Positions 7,565 through 16,591 of a stretch of 64,000 nt of DNA are shown one piece after another. Position numbers and translations under genes: made by a program. Every line of letters begins with the position of its first letter. The first letter of the stretch is position 1. The stretch is from Candidatus Aquilonibacter sp. (lineage in GTDB: Bacteria; Verrucomicrobiota; Verrucomicrobiia; Limisphaerales; UBA11358), in assembly GCA_035504945.1 (NCBI GenBank), contig DATJRH010000047.1, positions 2,157 to 66,156 on the forward strand, written 5' to 3'. The notes under the pieces are model-generated. The model had not been told where the DNA came from. It saw only the letters and a list, made by a program, of their open reading frames with translations, and made no database searches.

Positions 7565-10066
7565 TTAAAATTGACGGGTATAGCCGACGCCGAACTGGAA
7601 TTGGCCGGAATTGCCGTTGTATTGATCATGGTGAATGGGCACGCCGTAGTCCAGCCGGAGCGGGCCGAGGCGCGGAATGTTCAGGCGCAGGCCGACACCC
7701 CAGTTGTCATCAAAATTTCCTGAAAATGAATAGGGTCCTGCGCCTACCGCGCCGACATCATAAAAGAGAGCAAAGCGCACACCCACGCCATTGTCCCTTT
7801 CGAAAATGGGGATGCTGTATTCTGCCGTGCCGAACCAGTAGCTATCGCCGCCAATCGGCTCGTCAGGTATGCCGGCTGAATTGCCGGGAAAATAGCCCGG
7901 ATCACGCGGGCCGATGTTGCGGTATTTGAAACCGCGCAGCGAATAAAGGCCGCCAAGATAATAGCGATCATAAAACGGCACATCACCGCCACTTAAACTG
8001 TTCGCGATGCCGGCGCGTCCAGCAACTTCAAGCACATGGCCTTTGAACAAGCCGGGGAAGAACCAGTCCGATTTGACTTCGACCTTGTAATATGTCGTGT
8101 TACCAACATCGAGCTCCGTGTCGAGCTCCGTTCGCTGACCGTGATTGGGCAATTCCGTGCTGTTGCGGGTGTCGTAAGCGAGCGTTCCATCAAAGCGCTG
8201 ATAAAAATGGTTGCCGACTTGTTCCAAGATCGATGTGGGGACGTTGGGCGGAACCGGCTCTGCTAGACCGGGCGGTGTGCCGGGGCTTGGACTGGGATTT
8301 GGCACGGGAATATTTTCAAAACTATGCCAGCCGGGATTAAGTGAAATACCCACTTCTTCCGCCGTGTAGCTTACGGTGCCGATGAAGAAATCGCTCCACA
8401 ACGCGCGCGTCAGGCTCAAGCGCGCGCCGGTGCGGGTTTCGTCAAAAATGTTGTTCGGACTTTCAAAATCCCATTCACTCCGGTAAAGGTCCACTCCGAG
8501 CGACAGCTTGCGGTTCAAAAACCATGGTTCAATGAATGAAAGCTCGTAATCCTGCCGCTCGGTGCCCAGCTCGACGCGTAGCCGGAATTTCTGGCCACCG
8601 CCGGTGAAATACGGCGGATGGAACAAATCGAAGTTGTCCTGCGATATTTCGGCGTAACCGACGAGCGAATCCACCGAGCTGAAGCCCGCGCCGAGCGTGA
8701 AATTGCCGGTATTTTTCTCCTCCACGTCCACATCCAAATTTTCGCGCCCGGGAACCGGCGGATCCATTGGCTCCGGCTGCATTTCCACCCGGTCGAAATA
8801 ATCCAAGCCTTCCAACCGTTGCTTGCTTAGGTTGACGCGCACCATGTCAAACACTTCACCCGGCGAAATGGCCAGCTCGCGGCGGATGACCGAGTCCTTT
8901 GTTTTCAAATTGCCGCGGATGTTGACTTGCTCGACGTAGGTTTTTTGGCTGGCGGCAATTTGAAACTCCAAATCCATCGTGCCCGTGTCCACGTTGGGAA
9001 CGCTGTTGACCTGCAGTGCCATTCCCTGCGCCACGTCAATGTAGCCTTTGCTGCCGTAAAAATCTTCAATGGCGGTTATGTTTGTTTGCATGCCGCCGGG
9101 CGTAAAAGTGTCGCCCACGTCCATCGGCAATCCATGCACGCCAAGTTTGGCGCGCGAGTGTTCAAGATTGTGAACATACTGCAAACCCTGGCGGATCTGT
9201 TCGTCGGTGAAAATTTTGTTGCCGGTGAATTTGATCGAGCCGACCTTGTATTGCCGCCCTTCAAAAACGTAAAATTGGATGACCAGCGTGTTCGGCGTCG
9301 GATGCACGAATTTCACGTCCTTGATTTCAAAGTCAAGGTAGCCATGGTCGAGGTAAAATTGCGTGAGCGAGTCTTTGTCGTCGTCGAAATCGTCCTGCTT
9401 GAAGACGCCGCTGCCCGTCAACCACGAATACCAACGGCGTGTCGAAGTCTTGAGTTGCTTGCGCAATTCCTTTTGCGAGAACGCCGTCGCGCCGATGAAC
9501 TGAATTTGCGTGATGAGGACCTTCGGACTTTCAGTGATTTCAAACGTGACCGAGCCGCGCCCGGTGTCCTGGTCAATGTTCAGGACGTATTTTACCTGCG
9601 TGTCCGGGTAGCCGTATTTTTCGTAAAGCTTTTTGATTGCCTGCGTGTCGGTGAACAACTTTTGCTCGTCCAGCGGCTCGCCGGTCTTCACGGTAATTTC
9701 TTTGCGGATTTTGGAATCGCTTAACTTTTTGTTGCCCTCCACGGTGACTTCGGTGATGCGCGGGCGTGCCTGCACGATGTAAGTTAAAATCACGCCGCCG
9801 TCGTCAGCCTGCGTCATGGAAACTTGGATGTTGTAGAACTGTCCCGTGCCGTAGAGTGAGTGAAGGTCGGCTTCGGTGAGTTCCGGCGTGTAAATGTCGC
9901 CGGCCTTGGCGCTGATGTTGGCGCGGACGAATGGTTCGCTGACCGACTCGGGGCCGACGTATTTGATGTCCACGCGGTCAATTGTTAAGTCGGCGGCCTG
10001 CGACCACGCCAGTTGCGCACAGCCAAGCAACAGCCAGATTCCGAAAAGGCGGATAAACAATTTCAT
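7565..10066 (-). CDS. bamA: Outer membrane protein assembly factor BamA
   Basis: 833 aa with a signal peptide, POTRA-like repeats, and an Omp85 C-terminal barrel ending ...GQFQFGVGYTRQF. Confidence 0.9.
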   Translation of the reverse strand: MKLFIRLFGIWLLLGCAQLAWSQAADLTIDRVDIKYVGPESVSEPFVRANISAKAGDIYTPELTEADLHSLYGTGQFYNIQVSMTQADDGGVILTYIVQARPRITEVTVEGNKKLSDSKIRKEITVKTGEPLDEQKLFTDTQAIKKLYEKYGYPDTQVKYVLNIDQDTGRGSVTFEITESPKVLITQIQFIGATAFSQKELRKQLKTSTRRWYSWLTGSGVFKQDDFDDDKDSLTQFYLDHGYLDFEIKDVKFVHPTPNTLVIQFYVFEGRQYKVGSIKFTGNKIFTDEQIRQGLQYVHNLEHSRAKLGVHGLPMDVGDTFTPGGMQTNITAIEDFYGSKGYIDVAQGMALQVNSVPNVDTGTMDLEFQIAASQKTYVEQVNIRGNLKTKDSVIRRELAISPGEVFDMVRVNLSKQRLEGLDYFDRVEMQPEPMDPPVPGRENLDVDVEEKNTGNFTLGAGFSSVDSLVGYAEISQDNFDLFHPPYFTGGGQKFRLRVELGTERQDYELSFIEPWFLNRKLSLGVDLYRSEWDFESPNNIFDETRTGARLSLTRALWSDFFIGTVSYTAEEVGISLNPGWHSFENIPVPNPSPSPGTPPGLAEPVPPNVPTSILEQVGNHFYQRFDGTLAYDTRNSTELPNHGQRTELDTELDVGNTTYYKVEVKSDWFFPGLFKGHVLEVAGRAGIANSLSGGDVPFYDRYYLGGLYSLRGFKYRNIGPRDPGYFPGNSAGIPDEPIGGDSYWFGTAEYSIPIFERDNGVGVRFALFYDVGAVGAGPYSFSGNFDDNWGVGLRLNIPRLGPLRLDYGVPIHHDQYNGNSGQFQFGVGYTRQF

Positions 10067-10069
10067 CGT

Positions 10070-10495
10070 CTATCGGCCTTCCGGTATGTCTTCATCGCTG
10101 ACTTTGGCTGCGCTTTCAAAGCGGGTATAAGACTTCAAAAATGTCAAGTTCACGTCGCCCGTCGGGCCGTTGCGCTGCTTGGCAATCAATAAATTCACCG
10201 GTAAACCATCTGCTTCTTCCATCACCTCGTCGTCATCACCGGAATTTGGTTTATACAACAGACCGACGAGGTCGGCATCCTGTTCAATCGCGCCCGACTC
10301 GCGCAAATCGCTCAAACGCGGCTTGCGGTTTTTGTCGCGCTCCAGTTCGCGCTTCAACTGGCTCAATACGAGCACCGGCACCTTCAATTCCTTCGCCAGC
10401 GCCTTGATGCCGCTGGAAATGTCCGCGATCTCCTGCTGCCGGTTTTCCTGTGAGCGGTGGTCAGTAGAATGCAAAAGCTGCAAATAATCAACCAC
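10070..10495 (-). pseudogene. Orphan C-terminal fragment of a DnaB helicase (displaced native 3' end?)
   Basis: 141 aa align to the last ~140 aa of the full dnaB (VDYLQLL..NRQQEIADIS.G.KALAKELKVPV.VLSQL...RESGAIEQDAD.VG.LYK...PVNLLIAKQRNGP.G...). In the same frame as dnaB, 8 codons after its TAA. No N-terminal or Walker A region. Confidence 0.8.
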
Positions 10496-10519
10496 AAAAA
10501 AATTCCGTCGTTGGAATAA

Positions 10520-12064
10520 TTACGAAACATCCTCGTTGGCAATTTTTGAACGACTTTCAAAGCGTGTAATTGTTCTCAAAAACTGTAGAGGAACTTCACC
10601 AATGGGACCATTTCGCTGTTTGGCAATCAAAAGATTAACTGGTATGCTGTCTGGCACCACACCAGTTTCTTCGTCGGCAACCTCGTCTTTTCTTCTATTT
10701 GGATCATCCGGATCGGCCTTATACAAAATGCCGACAAAATCAGCGTCCTGTTCTATCGCTCCGGATTCGCGAAGATCTGCGAGATTTGGCTTTCTTGTTT
10801 TGTCTCGTTCAAAATCTCGATTTAATTGACTCAATACAATTACTGGAACTTTTAGTTCTTTCGCCAGAGCCTTTACCCCGTTTGAAATGTCCGCAATTTC
10901 TTGCTGGCGATTATCAATTTTTCGCGATGAAGAATTCATCTGTTGTAAATAGTCGATAACAAACAATTTGATTCCGTGTTGTTGAGCCATACGACGAGCT
11001 CTGGCACGAAGTTGCAAAATGGATAAACCAGCAGTGTCATCAATCAATAATGGAGCACCCGATATTTGGCCGGCGGCATTTAAAATGAGCGGAAAATCTC
11101 GTTCGACCAAAAATCCGTCACGGATGCTCTGCATATTAATTCTCGAACGAGAGCAAAGCATGCGCAACACGAGTGATTCTGCGGTCATTTCCAAACTAAA
11201 AACACCGACAGGCAGCTTTTGTTCAACAGCCACGTGTTCAGCAATATTTAGCGCAAGAGAAGTTTTCCCAACGCTTGGACGGGCAGCGATAACTATCATT
11301 TCTCCACCGTGAAAACCGCTCGTCATTTTGTCCAGTTCCGGAAAGCCGGTGCCAATTCCCGTGAGAGCTCCCTGTCGTTGATGAAAATCTTCAATTGTAG
11401 TAATTGCCCTTTTGACAAGTTCTTTGATTGTTGTCGTCTGCCCTTGCGAGCGTGCTTCGCTGATGTGCAGCACGTCGCGCTCAACCTCATCCATCAGCGC
11501 GTCCACTTCGCCTTCGTAATCATAAACGCGCCCGACGACTTCCGTGCAAACGGAAATCATTTTCCGCAGCAGATATTTTTCGCGGACGATGTCGAGGTAG
11601 TAACTTAAATTGGCCGCGCTCGGCACGGCGTCCTGCAATTGTGACAAATAGGCGATGCCGCCGACTTGATCGAGCAATTGTTTGTCCTTCAATTTTTGCT
11701 GGACCGTGATGATGTCAATGGCTTCCTTCGCATCAAACATTCCCGCCAGCATTTCGTAAATCGTCTGGTGCCGCAGGTCGTAAAAATATTCCGCTCCATT
11801 GTCCTTCAATTTTTCAACGCACTCGCCAAGACATTCATTTGGCGACAACAGGCAGCAGCCGAGCACGCCCATTTCGGCTTCGGGCGAGTGCGGCGGCAAT
11901 CGGTCCAATTTAATCGAATCGGACGGGGAAATATTTTTGCGCCGCCGCATTTTTTTCAAATCAGCCGCTGCGCCGGCGACCTCGGAAATGGAATCAATCA
12001 TGCGACAAGGAAACGCTGTCGATGAATTTGCAGCAAGACAAACTTGTTTTTCTTGTTCACTCAA
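10520..12064 (-). CDS. dnaB: Replicative DNA helicase DnaB
   Basis: 514 aa: LPPHSPEAEMGVLGC N-domain, Walker A ARPSVGKTSLALN, and the C-terminal RecA-like fold. The start could be an internal Met. Confidence 0.9.
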   Translation of the reverse strand: MSEQEKQVCLAANSSTAFPCRMIDSISEVAGAAADLKKMRRRKNISPSDSIKLDRLPPHSPEAEMGVLGCCLLSPNECLGECVEKLKDNGAEYFYDLRHQTIYEMLAGMFDAKEAIDIITVQQKLKDKQLLDQVGGIAYLSQLQDAVPSAANLSYYLDIVREKYLLRKMISVCTEVVGRVYDYEGEVDALMDEVERDVLHISEARSQGQTTTIKELVKRAITTIEDFHQRQGALTGIGTGFPELDKMTSGFHGGEMIVIAARPSVGKTSLALNIAEHVAVEQKLPVGVFSLEMTAESLVLRMLCSRSRINMQSIRDGFLVERDFPLILNAAGQISGAPLLIDDTAGLSILQLRARARRMAQQHGIKLFVIDYLQQMNSSSRKIDNRQQEIADISNGVKALAKELKVPVIVLSQLNRDFERDKTRKPNLADLRESGAIEQDADFVGILYKADPDDPNRRKDEVADEETGVVPDSIPVNLLIAKQRNGPIGEVPLQFLRTITRFESRSKIANEDVS

Positions 12065-12136
12065 TTTTCACGAAGTTATTCGCCGGAAAATTTGACTCGC
12101 TACTGTTCGTTGTTAAACTTTCTGCTTGTTGTAACA

Positions 12137-13441
12137 ATGAAACACAAACCATCACTGCTCGTCGTTTTTCTAACCGTCTTTATTGATCTCATCGGCTTCG
12201 GCATCGTCGTGCCGCTCGTGCCTCTTTACAGCAAGCTTTACGGCGCGGGCTGGCTGGTCATCGGCGTCATCATTGCCTCGTATTCCGCGATGCAGTTCCT
12301 CTTCGCGCCCGTCTTGGGCCGGTGGTCCGACCGCATCGGTCGTCGTCCCGTCATGCTCCTGAGCACCGCTGGCGCGGCGCTGTCCTACGTTTTGTTCGCC
12401 ATCGGGTCGGGTTTTCAAAATCACACCGCCGCGCTGTGGGCGCTGCTCATTTCGCGCGTCTTCGCCGGCGTCTGTGGCGCGAACATCACCGTCGCCCAGG
12501 CCTACATCGCCGACATCACGCCGCCGGAAAAGCGCTCGAAACGGATGGGTTTGATCGGCATGGCGTTCGGACTTGGCTTTATTCTCGGCCCGGCGATCAG
12601 CGGAATCGCGCTGAAATTTTTCGGCGTGACTGGCCCCGGCTGGGCCGCCGCCGTCCTTTGCGCGGCCAATTTTATTCTGGCCTTTTCCATTCTCGCCGAA
12701 AGCCTTCAGCCGTCCTCCGGCCACGCGAACCGGCGCCCGCATTTGAAACAATGGGGCCACACGTTATCGCATCCCAAAATCGGCGTGCTCATCCTGATTT
12801 TTTTTCTGGCGACATTTGCGTTCAGTTGCTTTGAAACGACTTTGCCGCTGCTGGTGAATGACGATTTCAACCTGGGTCTGACTGTGGATCTGACCAAGCC
12901 CGCCATGACGGTGGTTTCGCTGTTTGTTTTTTGCGGACTCATTGCGGCGTTTGTTCAGGGCGGCGCGATTGGCCGGCTGGTAAAAATGTTCGGCGAACCG
13001 AAACTGATTGCGTTGAGCCTCGTGCTGACCGGCATCAGCCTCGCGCTGCTGCCGTTCATCAAAGGCGAGGGCCAGTTGAAATGGCTGGCTGTCCTGCGCC
13101 TCGCTGACCATCCGTGGATTGAAATGCTTTTGGCGCTCGCGTTGCTGTCCGTCGGCACCAGCCTGACGCGCCCGCCGGTGTTCGGTTTGCTTTCAAACCT
13201 CACGCCCGCGAACGAGCAGGGCGCGACCATCGGCGTCGCACAAGGCGTCGGCAGTCTGGCGCGCATTTTGGGCCCGCTGTTTGCCTTGGAGCTTTACGGA
13301 GTGCATCCAACGCTGCCGTATGTGATTTGCGGCGCAATTTCGATTGTGGCCGGTGCGCTCGCCGTGCTGTGGCTCGGCAAAGGCGCTGAAACCGCAGGCG
13401 CGGAAGTTTCGGCCGGACAAATTGATTCAACGCAGAAATAA
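12137..13441 (+). CDS. MFS transporter (Tet/TCR-like drug:H+ antiporter family)
   Basis: Start chosen at MKHKPSLLVVFLTVFIDLIGFGIVVPLVPLY. Has the GRWSDRIGRRPV motif and about 12 predicted TM segments. Confidence 0.85.
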   Translation: MKHKPSLLVVFLTVFIDLIGFGIVVPLVPLYSKLYGAGWLVIGVIIASYSAMQFLFAPVLGRWSDRIGRRPVMLLSTAGAALSYVLFAIGSGFQNHTAALWALLISRVFAGVCGANITVAQAYIADITPPEKRSKRMGLIGMAFGLGFILGPAISGIALKFFGVTGPGWAAAVLCAANFILAFSILAESLQPSSGHANRRPHLKQWGHTLSHPKIGVLILIFFLATFAFSCFETTLPLLVNDDFNLGLTVDLTKPAMTVVSLFVFCGLIAAFVQGGAIGRLVKMFGEPKLIALSLVLTGISLALLPFIKGEGQLKWLAVLRLADHPWIEMLLALALLSVGTSLTRPPVFGLLSNLTPANEQGATIGVAQGVGSLARILGPLFALELYGVHPTLPYVICGAISIVAGALAVLWLGKGAETAGAEVSAGQIDSTQK

Positions 13442-14587
13442 TTCCGCTGCCGCGTCGGCGAAGCGCAAACCTTGCGGCGTGAGCTGAAAGCTGTCAGGGG
13501 AAATTTTTCCCCAGCCGCGTCCGGCCAGTTGGTTCATTTCCGAATTCCATTGCTCGCGCAAATCGAAATTGGTCGTGCGCTGAAATTCCTCGAATTGCCA
13601 CCCGGAATTCATCCGCAAACCGAACGCCGCCGTTTCGCCCGCGCGCTTGAGCGGCGGCAGTTCCTCGCTCGATTCAATCGCGTGCTTCCCCTTTTCAAGC
13701 TGCTCGCAGTAAAGCTGCGTATTCGACCAATTTTTTGTCCGCACGCCGCGAACATAACTCGTTGCGCTCGGCCCCAGCCCGTAAAAATTTCCGCCGCGCC
13801 AGTAATTGACATTGTGTTTGCAGGCACGCGCCGGAATTTTTTTGCTGCTCAATTCGTCTCGTGCAAAGTTGGCAATTTCATATTGATGAAAACCGGCGCG
13901 CGTCGCGGACGAAACCAGTTCCTCGAACATTTCGCACGCGAGATTTTCGTCCACGGAAAATTCTCCAGCCTGCAATTGCTGAAACAGCGGTGTGTCGTCC
14001 TCGTAAATAACTTCGTAGCTGGACAAATGCTCGCTCTGCATGGCCATCGCCTCGCGCAACGTGCCGCGCCAGACTTCCATCGTCTGCGTCGGAATGGCGA
14101 ACATCAAATCGAGGTTGAGATTCTCAAACCCGGCGGTGCGCAAAATGTCGAACGATTTGAAAACCATTTCGCGCGAATGAACCCGGCCGAGCCGGTCCAG
14201 TAATTTTTCGTCGAGCGATTGGACGCCCATGGAAATCCGGTTCACGCCAAAGTCGCGGAGCAATTTCGCCTTGTCCGCGGAAACCGTCGCCGGGTTGCAT
14301 TCGACGGTGAATTCCTCCGCGCCGAGCAGATTCAGTTTTTCCATCGCGCGCAAAATCGTTTCCCATTGGCGCAAGTTCAAAAGCGACGGCGTGCCGCCGC
14401 CGAAGAAAATCGTTTTTAGCGCGAGATCGTCCGCGACGATTTCCAATTCGCGTGCGAGCGCGGCGACGTAGCGGTTCATCAGTTCGCCGGATGCCGCCTC
14501 GGAATAGAAGGCGCAATACTCGCATTTCCGCGCGCAGAACGGAACGTGGACATAAAGATTACGAATTTTTTCAGCTGGCGTTGCCAT
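13427..14587 (-). CDS. hemW: Radical SAM heme chaperone HemW (HemN-like, oxygen-independent coproporphyrinogen oxidase family)
   Basis: 386 aa, YVHVPFCARKCEYCAF CxxxCxxC radical SAM motif, GGGTPS. Confidence 0.85.
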   Translation of the reverse strand: MATPAEKIRNLYVHVPFCARKCEYCAFYSEAASGELMNRYVAALARELEIVADDLALKTIFFGGGTPSLLNLRQWETILRAMEKLNLLGAEEFTVECNPATVSADKAKLLRDFGVNRISMGVQSLDEKLLDRLGRVHSREMVFKSFDILRTAGFENLNLDLMFAIPTQTMEVWRGTLREAMAMQSEHLSSYEVIYEDDTPLFQQLQAGEFSVDENLACEMFEELVSSATRAGFHQYEIANFARDELSSKKIPARACKHNVNYWRGGNFYGLGPSATSYVRGVRTKNWSNTQLYCEQLEKGKHAIESSEELPPLKRAGETAAFGLRMNSGWQFEEFQRTTNFDLREQWNSEMNQLAGRGWGKISPDSFQLTPQGLRFADAAAELFLR

Positions 14588-14668
14588 GGGGAAAGATTAG
14601 CCGACACCGTCGCCGTCCGCGAACGAAAATGTTCCCGGCGGAAAATGGGATCGCGGATGGTGCGGGGG

Positions 14669-14878
14669 TTACGCCGGACTCACGCGCTGGACGTTCTGCG
14701 CCTTCAGGCCCTTTTCGCTGGGGATGACTTCAAATGAAACCTCGTCGCCTTCGTTCAGAGTTTTGAAGCCCGCACCGAGGATGGACGAGTGATGCACGAA
14801 AACGTCCTGACCGGAATTTTGGGCGATGAACCCGAACCCTTTTTTATTGTCGAACCATTTTACTTTGCCGTTGGCCAT
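14669..14878 (-). CDS. Cold-shock protein (CspA family)
   Basis: Start chosen at [18 protein letters not shown] (RNP1 KGFGFI, RNP2 VFVHHS), 69 aa. The track ORF extends upstream to 14950. Confidence 0.9.
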   Translation of the reverse strand: MANGKVKWFDNKKGFGFIAQNSGQDVFVHHSSILGAGFKTLNEGDEVSFEVIPSEKGLKAQNVQRVSPA

Positions 14879-15120
14879 AATTGTGCTCCTGATTTTGGGG
14901 CATGCTCCAGAAGAAAACGGACACAACCTCAACACGATTGTATCCTTCAATCCATTCGGAAACGACTCATGTCACAATTTGGGCGAAAAAGACACTAAAC
15001 AATAATGATATCAACGTCAAGAACTAATTGTTCAAGCAACCCGGCAGTTCATTACAAATTTTTTACAAACCTTTGACACGCTGCTGACAACTCCTTTGCG
15101 GCTTCGGGTAAAATGGCGGC

Positions 15121-16431
15121 ATGAAAATGATTCTGCTCACAATCGGTCTGGCGGCGGGTTTCACCGCAAACCTGTTCGCCGGAGAAACTCTGCAATTGAA
15201 CCTCGTGCCGGAGCGCGATGTCATTGTGAAAAATTCGCCACAAGAAGTCGTCATAAAAATTGACCTCTCCGCAATCACCGGCAAAAAGAAAGTCCACCGC
15301 ACGCCGCTAAATCTCGCCGTCGTGCTGGACAAATCCGGTTCGATGAGCGGCGCGAAATTGGAGAAGACCAAACAGGCCGCCATGGAATTGGTGGATCGCC
15401 TCGCGCCCGATGATATTTTTTCGCTCGTCGTTTTCAGCGACCGGGCCCGCGTGCTCGTGCCGGCGCAGCATGTTGAGGACAAGGATGCGCTCAAGGAAAA
15501 AATCGAAAGCATCCGGGCCGGCGGCAGCACCGCGCTTTACGACGGGGTGAAACTCGGTGCGGATCAGCTTGAAGAATATCTTTCTTCCGAGCGGATCAAT
15601 CGTGTCATCCTGTTATCCGACGGGCTGGCGAATGTCGGGCCGAGTTCGACGAGCGATTTGCGCCGGCTCGGCAGCGATTTGTCGGAGCGCGGCATTTCCG
15701 TCACGACCATCGGCGTCGGCGACGATTACAACGAGGATTTGATGGCCGGTCTCGCCGAGGCGAGCGACGCCAATTATTATTTCGTCCAGGACGTCGAAAA
15801 TCTTCCCAAAATCTTCGCCAAGGAACTCGGCGATCTGCTCACCGTTGCCGCGCGTGATGTGCGCATCGAGATCGTTTGCCCCGACGGTGTGAAGCCGCTC
15901 GGCTTCATTGGCCGCGCCGAGAAATTTCAGGACCAGAAGGCCGTCATTAACTTGAGCCAGCTCGACGGCGGGCAGGATCGTTATTTGTTCCTCCGCTGCC
16001 TCGTGAACGGTGACCAGCCCGAGGTCGCGCAAGTCAACGTCAGCTACAAGGACGAATTTGACAACGACAGTGTGCAGACGGCCAGCAGCACGGCGAAAAT
16101 TGATTTTACCGACAGCCAGAAAGCTTCCGACGAGTCGGTGAACAACGCCGTGGAGGCAGAAAAAGAATTGGTGCTCACCGCCGTTGCGAAGGATGAGGCG
16201 ATACAACAGGCGGACGACGGAAACTACCAACAGGCGGCGACGATTCTCGGTGGACAGGCGAAGACACTCAGCGGTGTTTTTGCCGCCGCGCCTGCCGGCG
16301 CACAGTCTCAAATCCGGATGGAGTTGCAGAATCTCGATGATTTCACCAACCAGCTTGATCAAGGCCAATACGATTCCGTCACCCGTAAGACGATGCAATG
16401 GCAATCCTACAACACACTCAATTCAAAATGA
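15121..16431 (+). CDS. Secreted von Willebrand factor type A (VWA) domain protein
   Basis: 436 aa with a signal peptide, MIDAS DKSGSMSG, ...AGGSTALYDG..., ...ILLSDGLAN.... Confidence 0.8.
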   Translation: MKMILLTIGLAAGFTANLFAGETLQLNLVPERDVIVKNSPQEVVIKIDLSAITGKKKVHRTPLNLAVVLDKSGSMSGAKLEKTKQAAMELVDRLAPDDIFSLVVFSDRARVLVPAQHVEDKDALKEKIESIRAGGSTALYDGVKLGADQLEEYLSSERINRVILLSDGLANVGPSSTSDLRRLGSDLSERGISVTTIGVGDDYNEDLMAGLAEASDANYYFVQDVENLPKIFAKELGDLLTVAARDVRIEIVCPDGVKPLGFIGRAEKFQDQKAVINLSQLDGGQDRYLFLRCLVNGDQPEVAQVNVSYKDEFDNDSVQTASSTAKIDFTDSQKASDESVNNAVEAEKELVLTAVAKDEAIQQADDGNYQQAATILGGQAKTLSGVFAAAPAGAQSQIRMELQNLDDFTNQLDQGQYDSVTRKTMQWQSYNTLNSK

Positions 16432-16591
16432 TCGAGCCATGCATAAACTCGCTCAAATCATTTGTTCAAAGGCCGCCTGATTTTTAATGGCAGGACGAAG
16501 CCTGTCGAAATCCGGTGCGGTTCGCGGCGTTGAATCGGCAAATTGAGCTTGGTTATGCCGTCGGACGTGGGATATTTCAGAAGCAAAGCCA

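Noticed and set aside
10520-12064. An intein in dnaB as the explanation for its extra length and odd composition.
   Set aside because: The helicase motifs are contiguous. There is no insertion with Cys/Ser...HN splice-junction blocks, and the extra length is an N-terminal extension plus a short acidic C-terminal insert.
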